Made by a program: the position numbers and the translations under genes. From positions 46,130,001 through 46,194,000 of the forward strand of contig OZ076409.1 of NCBI GenBank assembly GCA_964187785.1: 64,000 bases of DNA. Direction: 5' to 3'. This DNA comes from Amphiscolops sp. MND2022. Its lineage: Eukaryota. The notes under the pieces were generated by a model. That model searched no databases. It saw nothing but the letters and a program-made list of their open reading frames with translations, and was not told where the DNA came from. Below are positions 46,484 through 58,243 of the stretch, in pieces (positions within the stretch are counted from its first letter, which is position 1; the number at the start of each line of letters is the position of its first letter).

Positions 46484-49400
46484 GCCTAATTGTTGTGATA
46501 AACTTTATAAATAGTTTCAGAGAACCATGCCTTCTATAAGAATGGCATCATCCAGTCAAGATGAAGATGAGGGCTCGTCACACCTTTTTTTCTCTTTTTC
46601 TCTATCAGATATCATGGATCTTCGTCATCAATCAAGTGCCATGTGTATCATCATGTTGGGGGATGAAGACACACACCCGTGGTCTGCAACGAAAGTGGGG
46701 AACCCCATACCAGCCACTATACCAGTAACAAAAAAAATGTTGTACTGATGTGACCAATCTCGTCACACCTGATTGAATGTACAGGAAAAAGGCAGACCGG
46801 AAAGGGCTGTGTGGCGTGGATCCCTACTTGGCTCCCAGTTAAAAAATAACCAAAGGATTCATGAATCGTCCTTTTTTGTGTGGCTTCTGTGCAGCTTCGC
46901 TATCAGGAAAGAATTTGCTAAAATCTTTCCATTGAAACGACTCATCTACGCCTTAACCACAGTTAGAGGTAATATCCCTCTTGAATTCCTGACCGAAACG
47001 GAAGCCACAGAAGTCTTCGAGAAATAGGAACAAACTTTCCTTGGAAATCAAAGTAAAATCCGAAGAGCCAGCGAGATTGAAAAACCAAATAAAACTGTTA
47101 ATGTCAAGAGGGTCCCCACTAATATAGACGACTCCGAAATAGCCCTTTCAATCCAAAACAATCACTCCTTTGATGACGTCAAAGTTACGAGGTTCATTAA
47201 ACGCGACCAAACGAAACTCGAAACAGTTAAAATCAACTTTAAAACAGTAAACGACGTGGAGAAAGCCCTCAACGAAGGTTTATTCTTTGACTCACTTTTC
47301 TACGAACCAACACGCTTTGAACAGAGGACTCTAACAATAATACGCTGTTTCAACTGCCAAGGTTTGGACACATTAGCTTAAAATGTAAATCGAGTCGATC
47401 CTGTGTCCACTGTAGCAGAAACCACAGTTATAACCATTGCTCAAAATCAGAACCACCAAAATGTGCTAACTGCCACGGAAATCATCCCGCCGACTCTACA
47501 GACTGTCCAACCTACCTGAAACAAGTATTCACCGTATACAACGCTCGTGGGATACCGATTCCTGTATCAGCTCAGCAACGGATCGAAAGCCTAGGAATTA
47601 AGATCAATGAGACTTGACTACTGCCGTTTCTTGGTACTGAATATCAACGGAATCAGCAACCATTGCAAAAATGCTTTAGAAAAATACGTCAAAGAGCAAC
47701 AACCGATCTGCATGTGCCTAAATGAGACAAATAAACACCTCGACATTGACGCCTTCACAAACTATAACACCGAGAGCTCAAATAAATACCGGGGCTTAGC
47801 AATACTAATGAGACAAAACCTTCGTTACACCAGATTGACCGAACTTGAATCCAGCGAAATTGATAGATTTTTCTTGTCACAATCATCCGCGGTCATAAAG
47901 TTCTGATTAGCACAGCTTACATACCCCCAAATAGCCCCCAACAAATGCGAATCTGGTTAGAACAATACGATTCTGCTTTCGATCAGATCGTCCGAAACAA
48001 CTTCGAAGGCATGCTCTTTTTCGGAGACCTGAATGCCCGACATACATACTGGGGAGACACAACCGCAAACGACCATGGAACCATGTTAGTGGATAGATTG
48101 AACGAAGATGTCGCTGTAATCAACAATGGTGCATATACTTTCCTAGCAACAAATGGTCATAGCGTCATTGACTTATGCATTCTGACTCACTCCTTATCTT
48201 CAAAACCGACATGTCTTATAACAGACGAGGAAACGGAACTTTTCACTGGTGCTCCTACCAGAGGACACATTCCAGTCTTTCGTGAGTTAAAATTATCAGC
48301 AGAACCTCATGCCGTACAATCCAAGCCGCCGTGGATAGAAAAGGCGGATTGGGAATCTTGGCGAAACTTTTTAGAACAAGAAACTTGTGGCCCAGTAAAA
48401 TAGAATGATGACCCCGAGTGCTGCTGGAAATCACTTGGAGGCATACTGACGGAAGCTACGAATCTCTACATTTCGACAAAACGAACCAATAGAAACAGCA
48501 AGCTGTTCTGGAACGAGGAACTCAGCAAAGCCAGTAAAGAATTAAGAGCCTTGAGGCGCAAGTTCAAATACAACTCCAACTTCCGAAACGGTCAACATCT
48601 AGCACAAGCTAGCGATCATTTCAAAAAATTACTGTCAGAGAGCGCATCAACATGGATGAGTAAGATTTTAGCCGAAATGGGACATAAACACGGAAAACAG
48701 TTCTGGTCAATTTACAATAGGCTTTTCATAAGAAAAACCTGCGAGATGGGCCCTATTAAAGACTCCAAAGGAAAATTGCTCTGCGAACATAAGGATATTG
48801 CCGAACATTTGAAACAGACTTTTTTGAAGCCGTTCACTTGAAAAACCACAGATTCGACGAAGATCATCGTCAGAAAATGGAGAAGTATCTGCAAACGGAA
48901 GTCAGTATCTCACTGCAGGAGACATTAGATATTTGGCAAGACGAATTCTCACTCACTGAACTGGAGAAAGCCTTGAAAACTGTCAAAAACAGCTCGTTGG
49001 ACAACGATCTCATCCATCCCAAAATGTTTCAAAACTGGGGACACGATACCAAGTTGGCAGTTCTTGATTTATTCAATATGTGTTGGACTAAATCAATTTG
49101 GCCATGGGGAACTTCAAAGATCAATTTCATCAAGAAAACTGGTAAGAGCGCTTATGACATTCCACCAAGCTTTCGACACATATCAATAACAAGCCACATT
49201 GGGAAGTTGTTCGAAAGAATGATCAAGCGACGACTGCGTACCTTCCTTGAGGAAGAAAGTATCATCGAAGAAGAACAAGAAGGGTTTCAAAGTGGAAAGA
49301 ACACGCTTAGATCCCTCTACAGACTCGATCTCGAATGTGAATGGGCAAGAACGCATGAGGAATCTGCTGCACTTCTAAACGTTGACATTGAAAATGCTTT

Positions 49401-50472
49401 CGACAGTGTGTGGCTCGATGGCTTGATCTACAAATTGAAGAATCTGAAAATCAATATGAAAATGATAAAAATGATCGACGTCTTCCTTCGTTCCAGAAAC
49501 GGACAGATTCACCCAGATCCTTACACCTCACCCCTCTTCGGTATCCATATTGGACTACCACAAAGAAGAGTTTTCTCCCCTGTGCTGTTTATTATTTTCA
49601 TTTCTGATTTCTTATCCAACTCATTGAAATGCTTTAAATTTGCCGACGATTCTTCAGTACTTCTATCCGGACAAAAAATTACTAAATCGTTAAAGGACAC
49701 CTGCTCAGATATAGAAATGTGGTGTAGACGCTGGAGAAGGGCTGTAAACGGGTCAAAAACCGAAAATTAGCCTTTAACCAACTCACACGAAGATTTTACC
49801 CAGATCAAATTGAACGCAGAAAACTACAAAATTAGCGAAACCACGAAATCACTTGGACTCAACATCGATTCCAAACTCAACTACAAAGAACACACTGAAA
49901 TCTCAGTTGCCAAAGGTACGCGAAACTGGCATATCCTCCGAAAACATGGCAGCTCAAAGTGGGGCATCACCATTCCGACCCTAGTCTATCTTTACCGATC
50001 TGTCATACAACCCCAAGTTTTATTTGGAGAACCAATATGGGCACAAAAGAATATCAAATCACTACAACTCTTCCAAAACAATATCCTGAGATCGATCTTT
50101 AAAAACTGTTTATCGCCATCTATTAGTACAGCTGAAGCTCTCACAGGGAGCCCACCAATCGACCTTTTATGCCAAAGTCTAGCAGTCAAATTTTTATTCA
50201 AAACAAAGCAAAAAAAGACCTAATTCAAGCAGCCCACAACCAAGCATCAACCCGAAATCGCGGCAATAGTTGCGTCCTCGAAAGTTTCTGGAGAAGGCAT
50301 TGCAAAGTGACCAATACAACCAAAATTGGTTACACCCCTGAGTCGATATCCGCATTTCTAAATACTTTATGGCTAAACCGTTGGAAAAGTCCACTGACCG
50401 ATGTCTTTCTAAAAAAGTTCATTCACTCGAAACCCGCTGTTGGTAAACCCCGTCCACTTATAAGATCAAATT
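46484..50472 (+). mobile_element. Decayed LINE retaining its 5' end, with CCHC-knuckle ORF1 (I-group-like)
   Basis: ORF1 remnants CFNCQGLDH, CVHCSRNH and CANCHGNH. ORF2 pieces LNING, LNET, GDLNARH, SVIDL, QEGFQ, DIENAFDSVW, FADD and ALTGSPPIDL. Many frameshifts. Confidence 0.88.
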
Positions 50473-50616
50473 AGAAGAGATTTTTAGATCTGATTATTTA
50501 GATCAATTTATTTAGATATCAGTTTTGCCCACTCTCTTAGATCTATTTCATTAGACCTGATTCCACGTAGCCGTCAGCGTATCATTATAACATGTCATAT
50601 CAAGTACCCCTCGGAT

Positions 50617-50795
50617 ATGTCCCCATTTCCTCTAGTGCCCCGCGGCCCCTGGGGGCCGCTTATATTCCCCTCTTGCTACGCGAGGTCGAACAGGAGCAAA
50701 GACCTAGCGGGAACGGAGATCGCGAAGCGGTCGTAGTGGGAGCTGGTCTTTGCGACGGTGAGGGCGAGCGTGCATACATCGCATATGCCCCACAT
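50617..50795. repeat. GC-rich ~180-bp module, inverted copy of about 41310-41487
   Basis: The same sequence gives EVEQEQRPSGNGDREA.VVGAGLCDGEGERAY in ORFs 50592 (+) and 40325 (-). Here it sits among ttagatct repeats. Confidence 0.8.
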
Positions 50796-51010
50796 TTTAT
50801 TTTCGCTTTCAGAACACATATTAGATCATAAAGGGGTTACACCTAAGTATTTTAGATTAAATTAGATCTGAAAGTTAGACCTAACAGTTAGATCTAATTC
50901 CATTAGAACCAAGCAATTAGATCAAGGCGTTCAAACCTACGCTGACTACGTTATAAAGATAATTTTGACAAAATTTGCCACATGTTTTCAACTAAGTGGT
51001 TTTAAGTCAA

Positions 51011-54000
51011 TGTAACGTCCGGCTAGCAGCGCACATCTAGGAAGAGGGACAATGCCTAGGGTGCTTAAACAAGAGACCGTTGTCTTACTACAGCCCTAGA
51101 CACTAGTTTTTGATCCCAAAATGGTCTCCAAGGGGGACTTTTCTTTCGTCTAAGGAGGCTCATCTAATTAGAGCTCCGAGGCGACGTGCCGGCACTCTCA
51201 AAGTCCGGACACGCCCCACAACCCTGTAAAAACAAATCCTAAAGTTTCTAGCGTGTTCCCGCGACTTCCCACAAACTTCCGAGGCCAAAAAACAGAGGTT
51301 TAGCTAAAGTACATCAATTCTGTGAATAAGATCTAAAATGGGCAAAACAGGGATCTAGTAGATCCTGAACCATCGTAAATCTGCGAAATAAAACGCAATA
51401 GCTACAAACGCACTGAAAATGATAAAATATGCTGATCGTCATGCAGTTCCAAAATCTTCAGGCAAACCACCGTCGGGTTCTCGATCTCCTTTGGGCCTTC
51501 CAGGACATCCTTTGGGGTATGACACAACCCGTGGTTTTATTCTCTTTAGCCTCTTCTGGGTTTCTTCGGGTGTCAGGGACAACGAAGTCTGTCTCTCGGG
51601 CAGGGTCTGGCTCCGTTCTGTCTTTTTTCGCTTCGTCTTCGGTTTTCGTACCTATCGGGTCGGCCATCTTGAAAGTGCTTGTTTGATGCCGCACATTTCG
51701 AGTTTTTGATCGAAGTTTTCAAAAACTTCAGCAACGCTTCAGCAGTCTTGAATGTGCTTGTTTGATGCCGCACATTTGGAATTTTTGATCGAAAATTTCG
51801 AAAACTTCAGCAACGCCGACTGCCGGACGTTACATCTTTCCCGGGCCGTAGTTTGTCGTCCTCTGCAAACGAGAGAGGAAGTTCACATCTTGATTGCCAC
51901 CATCCAATGATCCAGTGAGACCGTTGCAACATGGTACTTCAGGAATCTAAATCGAAGTCGTTGCCCAAAAACACGTTATTGCCCAAAAAGATCAGTTTTG
52001 CCAGCCTAGCAGGCTTCCTTGGTTTCCACGCCAAATACGGGTTCTTGCTTTTGAAAAATATTAGCAACTTTAGACACTTAGCTTTATATTCAAAACAATT
52101 TCAATTTTTTAATTTCGCACCAAAATTTCAAAATTCTTAGCACCTTTTTGCATCTGCATAAAAAACACTCATCACAACAGGTCTGGCACTGACCAGGGAC
52201 CCACCTGATAGGTTAGGTTTTACAAAAAGCACGATAGCACTTGGAAAGTGAAAAATGAAAGTAACAGCTGTGGTCTTGCAAAGTTCATGGCCAACAGAAA
52301 CTGCACAATAACTAGCACCAATGGTGAAACAGGCCTCAAAAAATCAAAAATATCACCAAAAGTGAGGACCCATTCAGTCTATTGTGTTAGCAGTGTACGC
52401 TCAGATATAAGTATTGTCTAGGTAGTACAAGAACCAGTGTATATGCAAGAGATGGAAATAAACTGCTTTTCAAGAGGATGACAATGTCACTAGCGATGAT
52501 AGAGCAGAACCAATAAAAGTCAAAAATCAGGCAGGATAGATCATGAAAACAGTCTCCGGCATTAAAAACAAGTTCCAGGGCAATCATTCGAGTTCTAAAA
52601 GCACGACCGCAGGCCAAGCAGTTCTCAGAGCTTCGAAGCTCTAGGTGTTTCATAATGCTTGGTGTTGATTTCGCTCGGGAGAGTACGGGTACTTCCCGGG
52701 CCAATCTCTGGTCCGGTGTTTTCACATTGACATTGTTCACGCAACTGTGGTACCGAGCACCAAGGTACACATTAGGCATGAATCGAGCAACGAATACTGA
52801 TTTTTTGAGAAGGCTGCTTGGCTACAGATGTTAGATTGTCTGAAAAGTCCGTTTGTCACTCATGCTGCCCTGTTTCTGGAGAGCACAAGTAATAACAAAA
52901 ATGTGATTAGAGACAACGGGTAGACCTTGGAGGTAGGTAGGAGGAGAGACACTGAGTTTGAAGTGGTTTCTTGTCTTACGATCGTAGTACGGTCAGAAAA
53001 AGCGTTCTTTTTCAACTATGGTAGTCACTAGTGTACTTGTTGTTCTGTTCTGAGACGCACTTCGTTCAAGGTCTGAACATATAAAAGTGCCTATAAACGA
53101 ACTCCAGCACCCACGAGATACAAAAAGCATCGCGCATGCATGTTCGCAATGGATAGATTGCTCTTGGGTGACTTTGATAGCAGTCAGGAGACGAATTTCC
53201 AATTTCGGTTTTCACCTCTATGTTTCGTAGACCGGTTTTTTCAGAGACCCGAGATCTTAGGGTCAGCTTAGCACTAATCAAAGTGATTCAACAAGGCAAG
53301 GCGTCCTGAGGGGCCTGATATGCTATTGGGGTCGCCTTGGCCCTCACCGGCACGTACACTGACAAAAACTATGTGATTTGTTCGCAAAAATGCCCAAAAC
53401 CAACAATTTTCTCGTCAACATGCACAAATCACTTCTAGCGCTGCTAGCGACCTGAAAAATTCACACCGTCTAATACACTGGTTGAATCGTGGGGAAAAAA
53501 CCTCCGATTGCGTCAAAATTGACCCTGTGGGTGTCACGGCCACTTAACATTAATCACTGAAAATTTAACTATGTCGAGAAATTCACAAAAAGTAGTTAAA
53601 CTCGACTTCTAGGCGTCCCAGCCACCTGAAATTTTGCATGCGAGCGTAACTTCTGCCCACGTAACAGAAAACCCAGCGGCGAGGTGCCTGGATCAACATC
53701 CGGCGATCCGAGGTGACAAAACCTTGATGTGCCAGAGGTACCACTTTTTCGGGTCAAAATTCACAAAAATGTCAATTTCTCAGCTTTGGCTAGTAGTCAG
53801 CTGCTCAAATTGCACAAATCGTCGGGATCTAGTGCCGTGCGTACGAAAATGCAAGAATTTTAGTGCTGGGATACCTGCGAGGTATTGCACTATGCTGAAC
53901 TAAAAGTCCATTTTTTCGACATTTTCACACGATTTTTGAGCAAAACTGCGGCTAAGATTTTTCCACGAGTTATAATGGAAGCGCCATCAAAATCACGCTA

Positions 54001-56685
54001 CTACCATGACTTTTTGCGCTCTACACGATGGTGCAATCCGTTTTTGGCTCTTCCTGCTAGGAGAGATTCCGATTTGTCAAAGATACGTGATTGCGGAATT
54101 CCCAAAATGTGGCAAAAAAACACGTTTTTGGCTATTTCTCAGCAACCACTGGTTGGAATCACTCGCGGTTTTCTGCGTTTTCAACGTTATATTTTATACT
54201 AACAGAAAATAGGCAAGCAAAACCTGGCAGGTTCCAAATAAGGTCTCTCAAAAAGTTCTCAAGTTACACCTTTTACATTCTGGGAACAATGTGAAAAATA
54301 CGTATTTTCAATAGGAACTTTTTATTTCCCGGTTCCCAGATGTTCGGGATTGTTCTAAACGTAACCTAATAAGGTGTAATAACTTTATTCAGGGGACTGG
54401 GGTTGTTTCAATTATTAGTTTTGATGTTATAACTCTCAGGTCTATGCGGTCCTCTACTCAGGTCTATGTATATCAAAGAAAATTAAGGGTTAAAGTTTCA
54501 GTTTTTATTGGGGGATGCTAAAAATTTTCTTGGCAAAAGTGTTTTAAACTACCGGGTTCGGAAACAACGTTTTAGGGCTAATCTAAAAGCTTGGGAACAA
54601 ATGCCTAAGGCTTCGCGCTCACCGATTTTGGTCTTTTAGGCCAAAATTGATGTTTTTTTCAACAAAAATCGCTAAATTTTTTGATGTTTCAACAATTTAG
54701 CCAAACAAGTTTTTCTGTTCCCGACCAAACAGGTCTAATGGAACGGTTTTATTGTATTGCCATTGGCCGGTACCCTCTTCTAAAAACTTTGGCTTTTGTA
54801 ACTAATGATGACCGATAGGCGGCTATCGTATGTAACATTTAAAATTGGCTGTTAACTTATTCAATATCTCGTTGGAGGGCCTCAAAAAACTGCTTGACGA
54901 TAACGTTTTCTGATATCTGGCTCGGGAAAAAGAGTTTTAGGTGGCTCGCAATGCTCTGAGAAAAACAAACAGGGCTTCGCCCTCACCATTTTTTGTCTCA
55001 AAGTCCAAAGTTGACGTTTTCAAACAAAAATCGCTAAAGTTTTTGGTGTTTTTGACAATTTAGCTAAACAAATTTTTCTGTTCCTGACTTGATAGGTCTA
55101 ATGGAACGTTTTTATTGTATTCCCATTGGCCGTACTATCTTCTGAAAAATTTCGACTTTTAAAAGTAACCAAATCGATATTTGAGCTTATTGGGTGTTAT
55201 GGCTAGCTCGCTATATTTTTTCAGAAAACAATCGGAATACCCAGTGGGTTTTTTCTCAGTTATTACTAATGGGAGTACGCCTGGGAATAGGCTTTTAAAG
55301 CCACAAAAAAAGGGAGATTTTAACCCAGCCGATTCGTAGTGATCCACCAGTGGGTCAAGAGGGTGTTGCCGTGAAGGACGTCACTCCGTCGTCACAGCTA
55401 ATGGAGGCGCTCACACCACGTCCCTGCAGTCCCAATTCATTACAACTAAGCTGAAATGAGACTACAAAACCCTTTAAAACAGAATCCGGTTGAGCCGGAT
55501 GGTTAATCTTGGTAAGCAGAAACGGTACTTTGCCGAAAAACAGATAATTCTCTTTCCAAACCTAGAAAACAAGCATGAAACGCAGGAATTCAGCTAGAAG
55601 AAAGCCTGAAAAGCTTGATTACGGCAATAAAAATAATCTAGGACTCTCCAAAATGTTTTCCTAGATGTGAACCCCCGGGGCCGGAAAGCAGGAGTTGCTC
55701 TTCGCAGGACGTGGAAATTGAAAAATATCCATTTGTGGTCGCCATAAAAACTACTCCAGATGTAACGTCCGGCTAGCGGCGCACATCTAGGAAGAGGGAC
55801 AAAGCCTAGGGTGCTTAAACAGGAGACCGTTGTCTTACTACACCCCTAGACACTAGTTTTTATCCCAAAATGGTCTCCAAGGGGGAATTTTCTTTCGTCT
55901 AAGGAGGCTCCTCTAGTTAGAGCTCCGAGGCGACGCGCCGGAACTCTCAAAGTTCGGACACGCCCCACAACCCTGCAAAAACAAAGTTTCAAAGTTTTCT
56001 GTAACAAATCCTAAAATTTCTAGCGTGTTCCCGCGACTTCCCACATACTTCCGAGGCCAAAAAACAGAGGTTTAGCTAAAGTACATCAATTCTGTGAATA
56101 AGATCTAAAATGGGCAAAACAGGGATCTAGTAAATCCTGAACCATCGTAAATCTGCGAAATAAAACGCAATAGCTACAAACGCACTGGAAATGATAAAAT
56201 ATGCTGATCTTCATGCAGTTCCAAAATCTTCAGGCAATCCACCGTCGGGTTCTCGATCTCCTTTGGGCCTTCCAGGACATCCTTTGGGGGAATGACACAA
56301 CCCGTGGTTTTATTCTCTTTAGCCTCTTCTGGGTTTTTCCGGGTGTCAGGGACAACGAGGTCTGTCTCTCGGGCAGGGTCTGGCTCCGTTCTGTCTTTTT
56401 TCGCTTCGTCTTTGGTTTTCGTACCTGCCGGGTCGGCCATCTTGAAAGTGCTTGTTTGATGCCGCACATTTCGAGTTTTTGATCGAAGTTTTCAAAAACT
56501 TCAGCAACGCTTCAGCAGTCTTGAATGTGCTTGTTTGATGCCGCACATTTCGAATTTTTGATCGAATTTTCCAAGAATTTCAGCAACGCTTCAGCAATCT
56601 TGAATGTGTTTGTTTGATGCCGCACATTTCGAATTTTTGATCAAATTTTCAAAAACTTCAGCAACGCCGACTGCCGGACGTTACA
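51011..56685 (-). mobile_element. Non-autonomous LTR retroelement (LTRs 51011-51834 and 55761-56685)
   Basis: Both LTRs run tgtaacgtccggc...gccggacgttaca. PBS-like tggcgaccac on the minus strand at 55735-55744. Purine-rich cccgggaaaga abuts the other LTR. No gag/pol ORF. Confidence 0.88.
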
Positions 56686-56812
56686 CAAATGACTTTGAGC
56701 CAAGTGATCAATACCCGAGGCACTTAGCCTAAAAAAACTAGGCCTAGTGACCAATTGTATTAGGCCAAATGACTTTAAGCCAAATGGCATTAAGACAAGT
56801 GACCTATTACTA

Positions 56813-57452
56813 TCGGAATCATGTCGACTCTGGACCTCGGAATCGGGAATTGGAATCGAATGCCATGCAACTCTGAAATGGAATCGAACCGATTGTAATA
56901 TTGACTAAAAATGGCTATATTTATATATTAACGATTAACTGAAACATCGGCGACAAAAAACAAACATTATGACAACCTAAATTATTCAAATCAAGCAAAC
57001 ATGATCAAAATTAAGTGGAAATACTTGAGGGAAAACAATATTTTGCGATTTAAGAACACGTTTCTTGAATGACTGGCGGTAAACAAGCCGTTCTGAAGAA
57101 AATTTCTACTCAATCTCGCAAAGGAAAACATCCGTTCTGTATCCACGCTGGTTGGGCGAAAAATTAGGCAGCACGCTTCGTCATAGCAGAAGAAGAAGAA
57201 TCGGGGCTTTTAATGCAACTGTCTCATTTCACACATTTCCGATATTCTGTCTTTTGCCCATTTCTATATTCAACCAAAAATCGCGACGACCACGAATGAC
57301 TTTTCTCAATTTTGCATTCATTGACCACATCCACATCATGTTGGTTGTTAGTTTCGGTTATTTCCTAATTCTTGAAAATGAAAACAATTTAAAACAACGT
57401 GATTTCCTAATTCTTAAAAAAACAGATTCCATGAAAACGTGTGTAGTGCATC
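56813..57452 (-). mobile_element. Truncated copy of the hAT element at 62552-63786
   Basis: Shares ggacctcggaatcggga... and the BED-finger region, with an internal deletion. Confidence 0.7.
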
Positions 57453-57459
57453 TTGCTCA

Positions 57460-58093
57460 AAAAAATAGAAACCCTCCAGCTAGGTCCTGCTAGGAATTCC
57501 TCCTCTGGACATGTACAGCGACTCGCTCGACATCAAATTTCTAATCAAAGTTACCTTACAATCCGACCTTGTCCCGACAGCTCAAGCTGAAGCTCTTCTT
57601 GTTAAAAGCACAGCGCATAACCTTCAATGCTCTCTGAATAGATATCTTTAAAACTTCAACATAATCAATGATGCTTGTTTTTACACTAATGAAATTGTAG
57701 CTGAATTTATAAACAATGTGGAATCAACGTTGGTGTTGTCCTACGAATACCTGCTTCTTGAAACATTTTTTTGTACAACCTTCTGGCTCTACAGTTAGTC
57801 CCTTGGTAAACGGCCGCCCCTAGGAAGCAAACATGATATGCCATCTTCTCTTCGGCAATTCTCCAAGATATAATGAAATTTCGTGGAAAATGTATAAACG
57901 TGCTTCACCCATGTGCTCCTGTGGATTATCTGAAGAAAATGCTTACCACTTTTTGTTCAGTTGTACCCTGCATGAACTGCGAACTCTTAACATTATGAGG
58001 ACCAAAGACTGCACTTCCTTCAGAACTTCCCTTCTAAAAACCATGAAACTGCATGAATCACAAAGTCTTTGGCTGCTGAACTATAGATACTAA
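57460..58093 (+). pseudogene. 3' fragment of I-group-like LINE ORF2
   Basis: LLGIPPLDMYSDSLDIKFLIK and CSCGLSEENAYHFLFSC, paralleling the relic at 36200-42510. Confidence 0.7.
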
Positions 58094-58243
58094 TTTTACC
58101 CCAGTTACAAACATTTGACACAACATTCGCCCTCAAATAGGGGCCTAATTTAGACGTATATTAAAATTAGGCGTTTTTCTCTAATTTAGACGTTTTTCAG
58201 ACGTATTTTGACCATTTTTTTGTATTTTGGACGTTTTTCTGTG

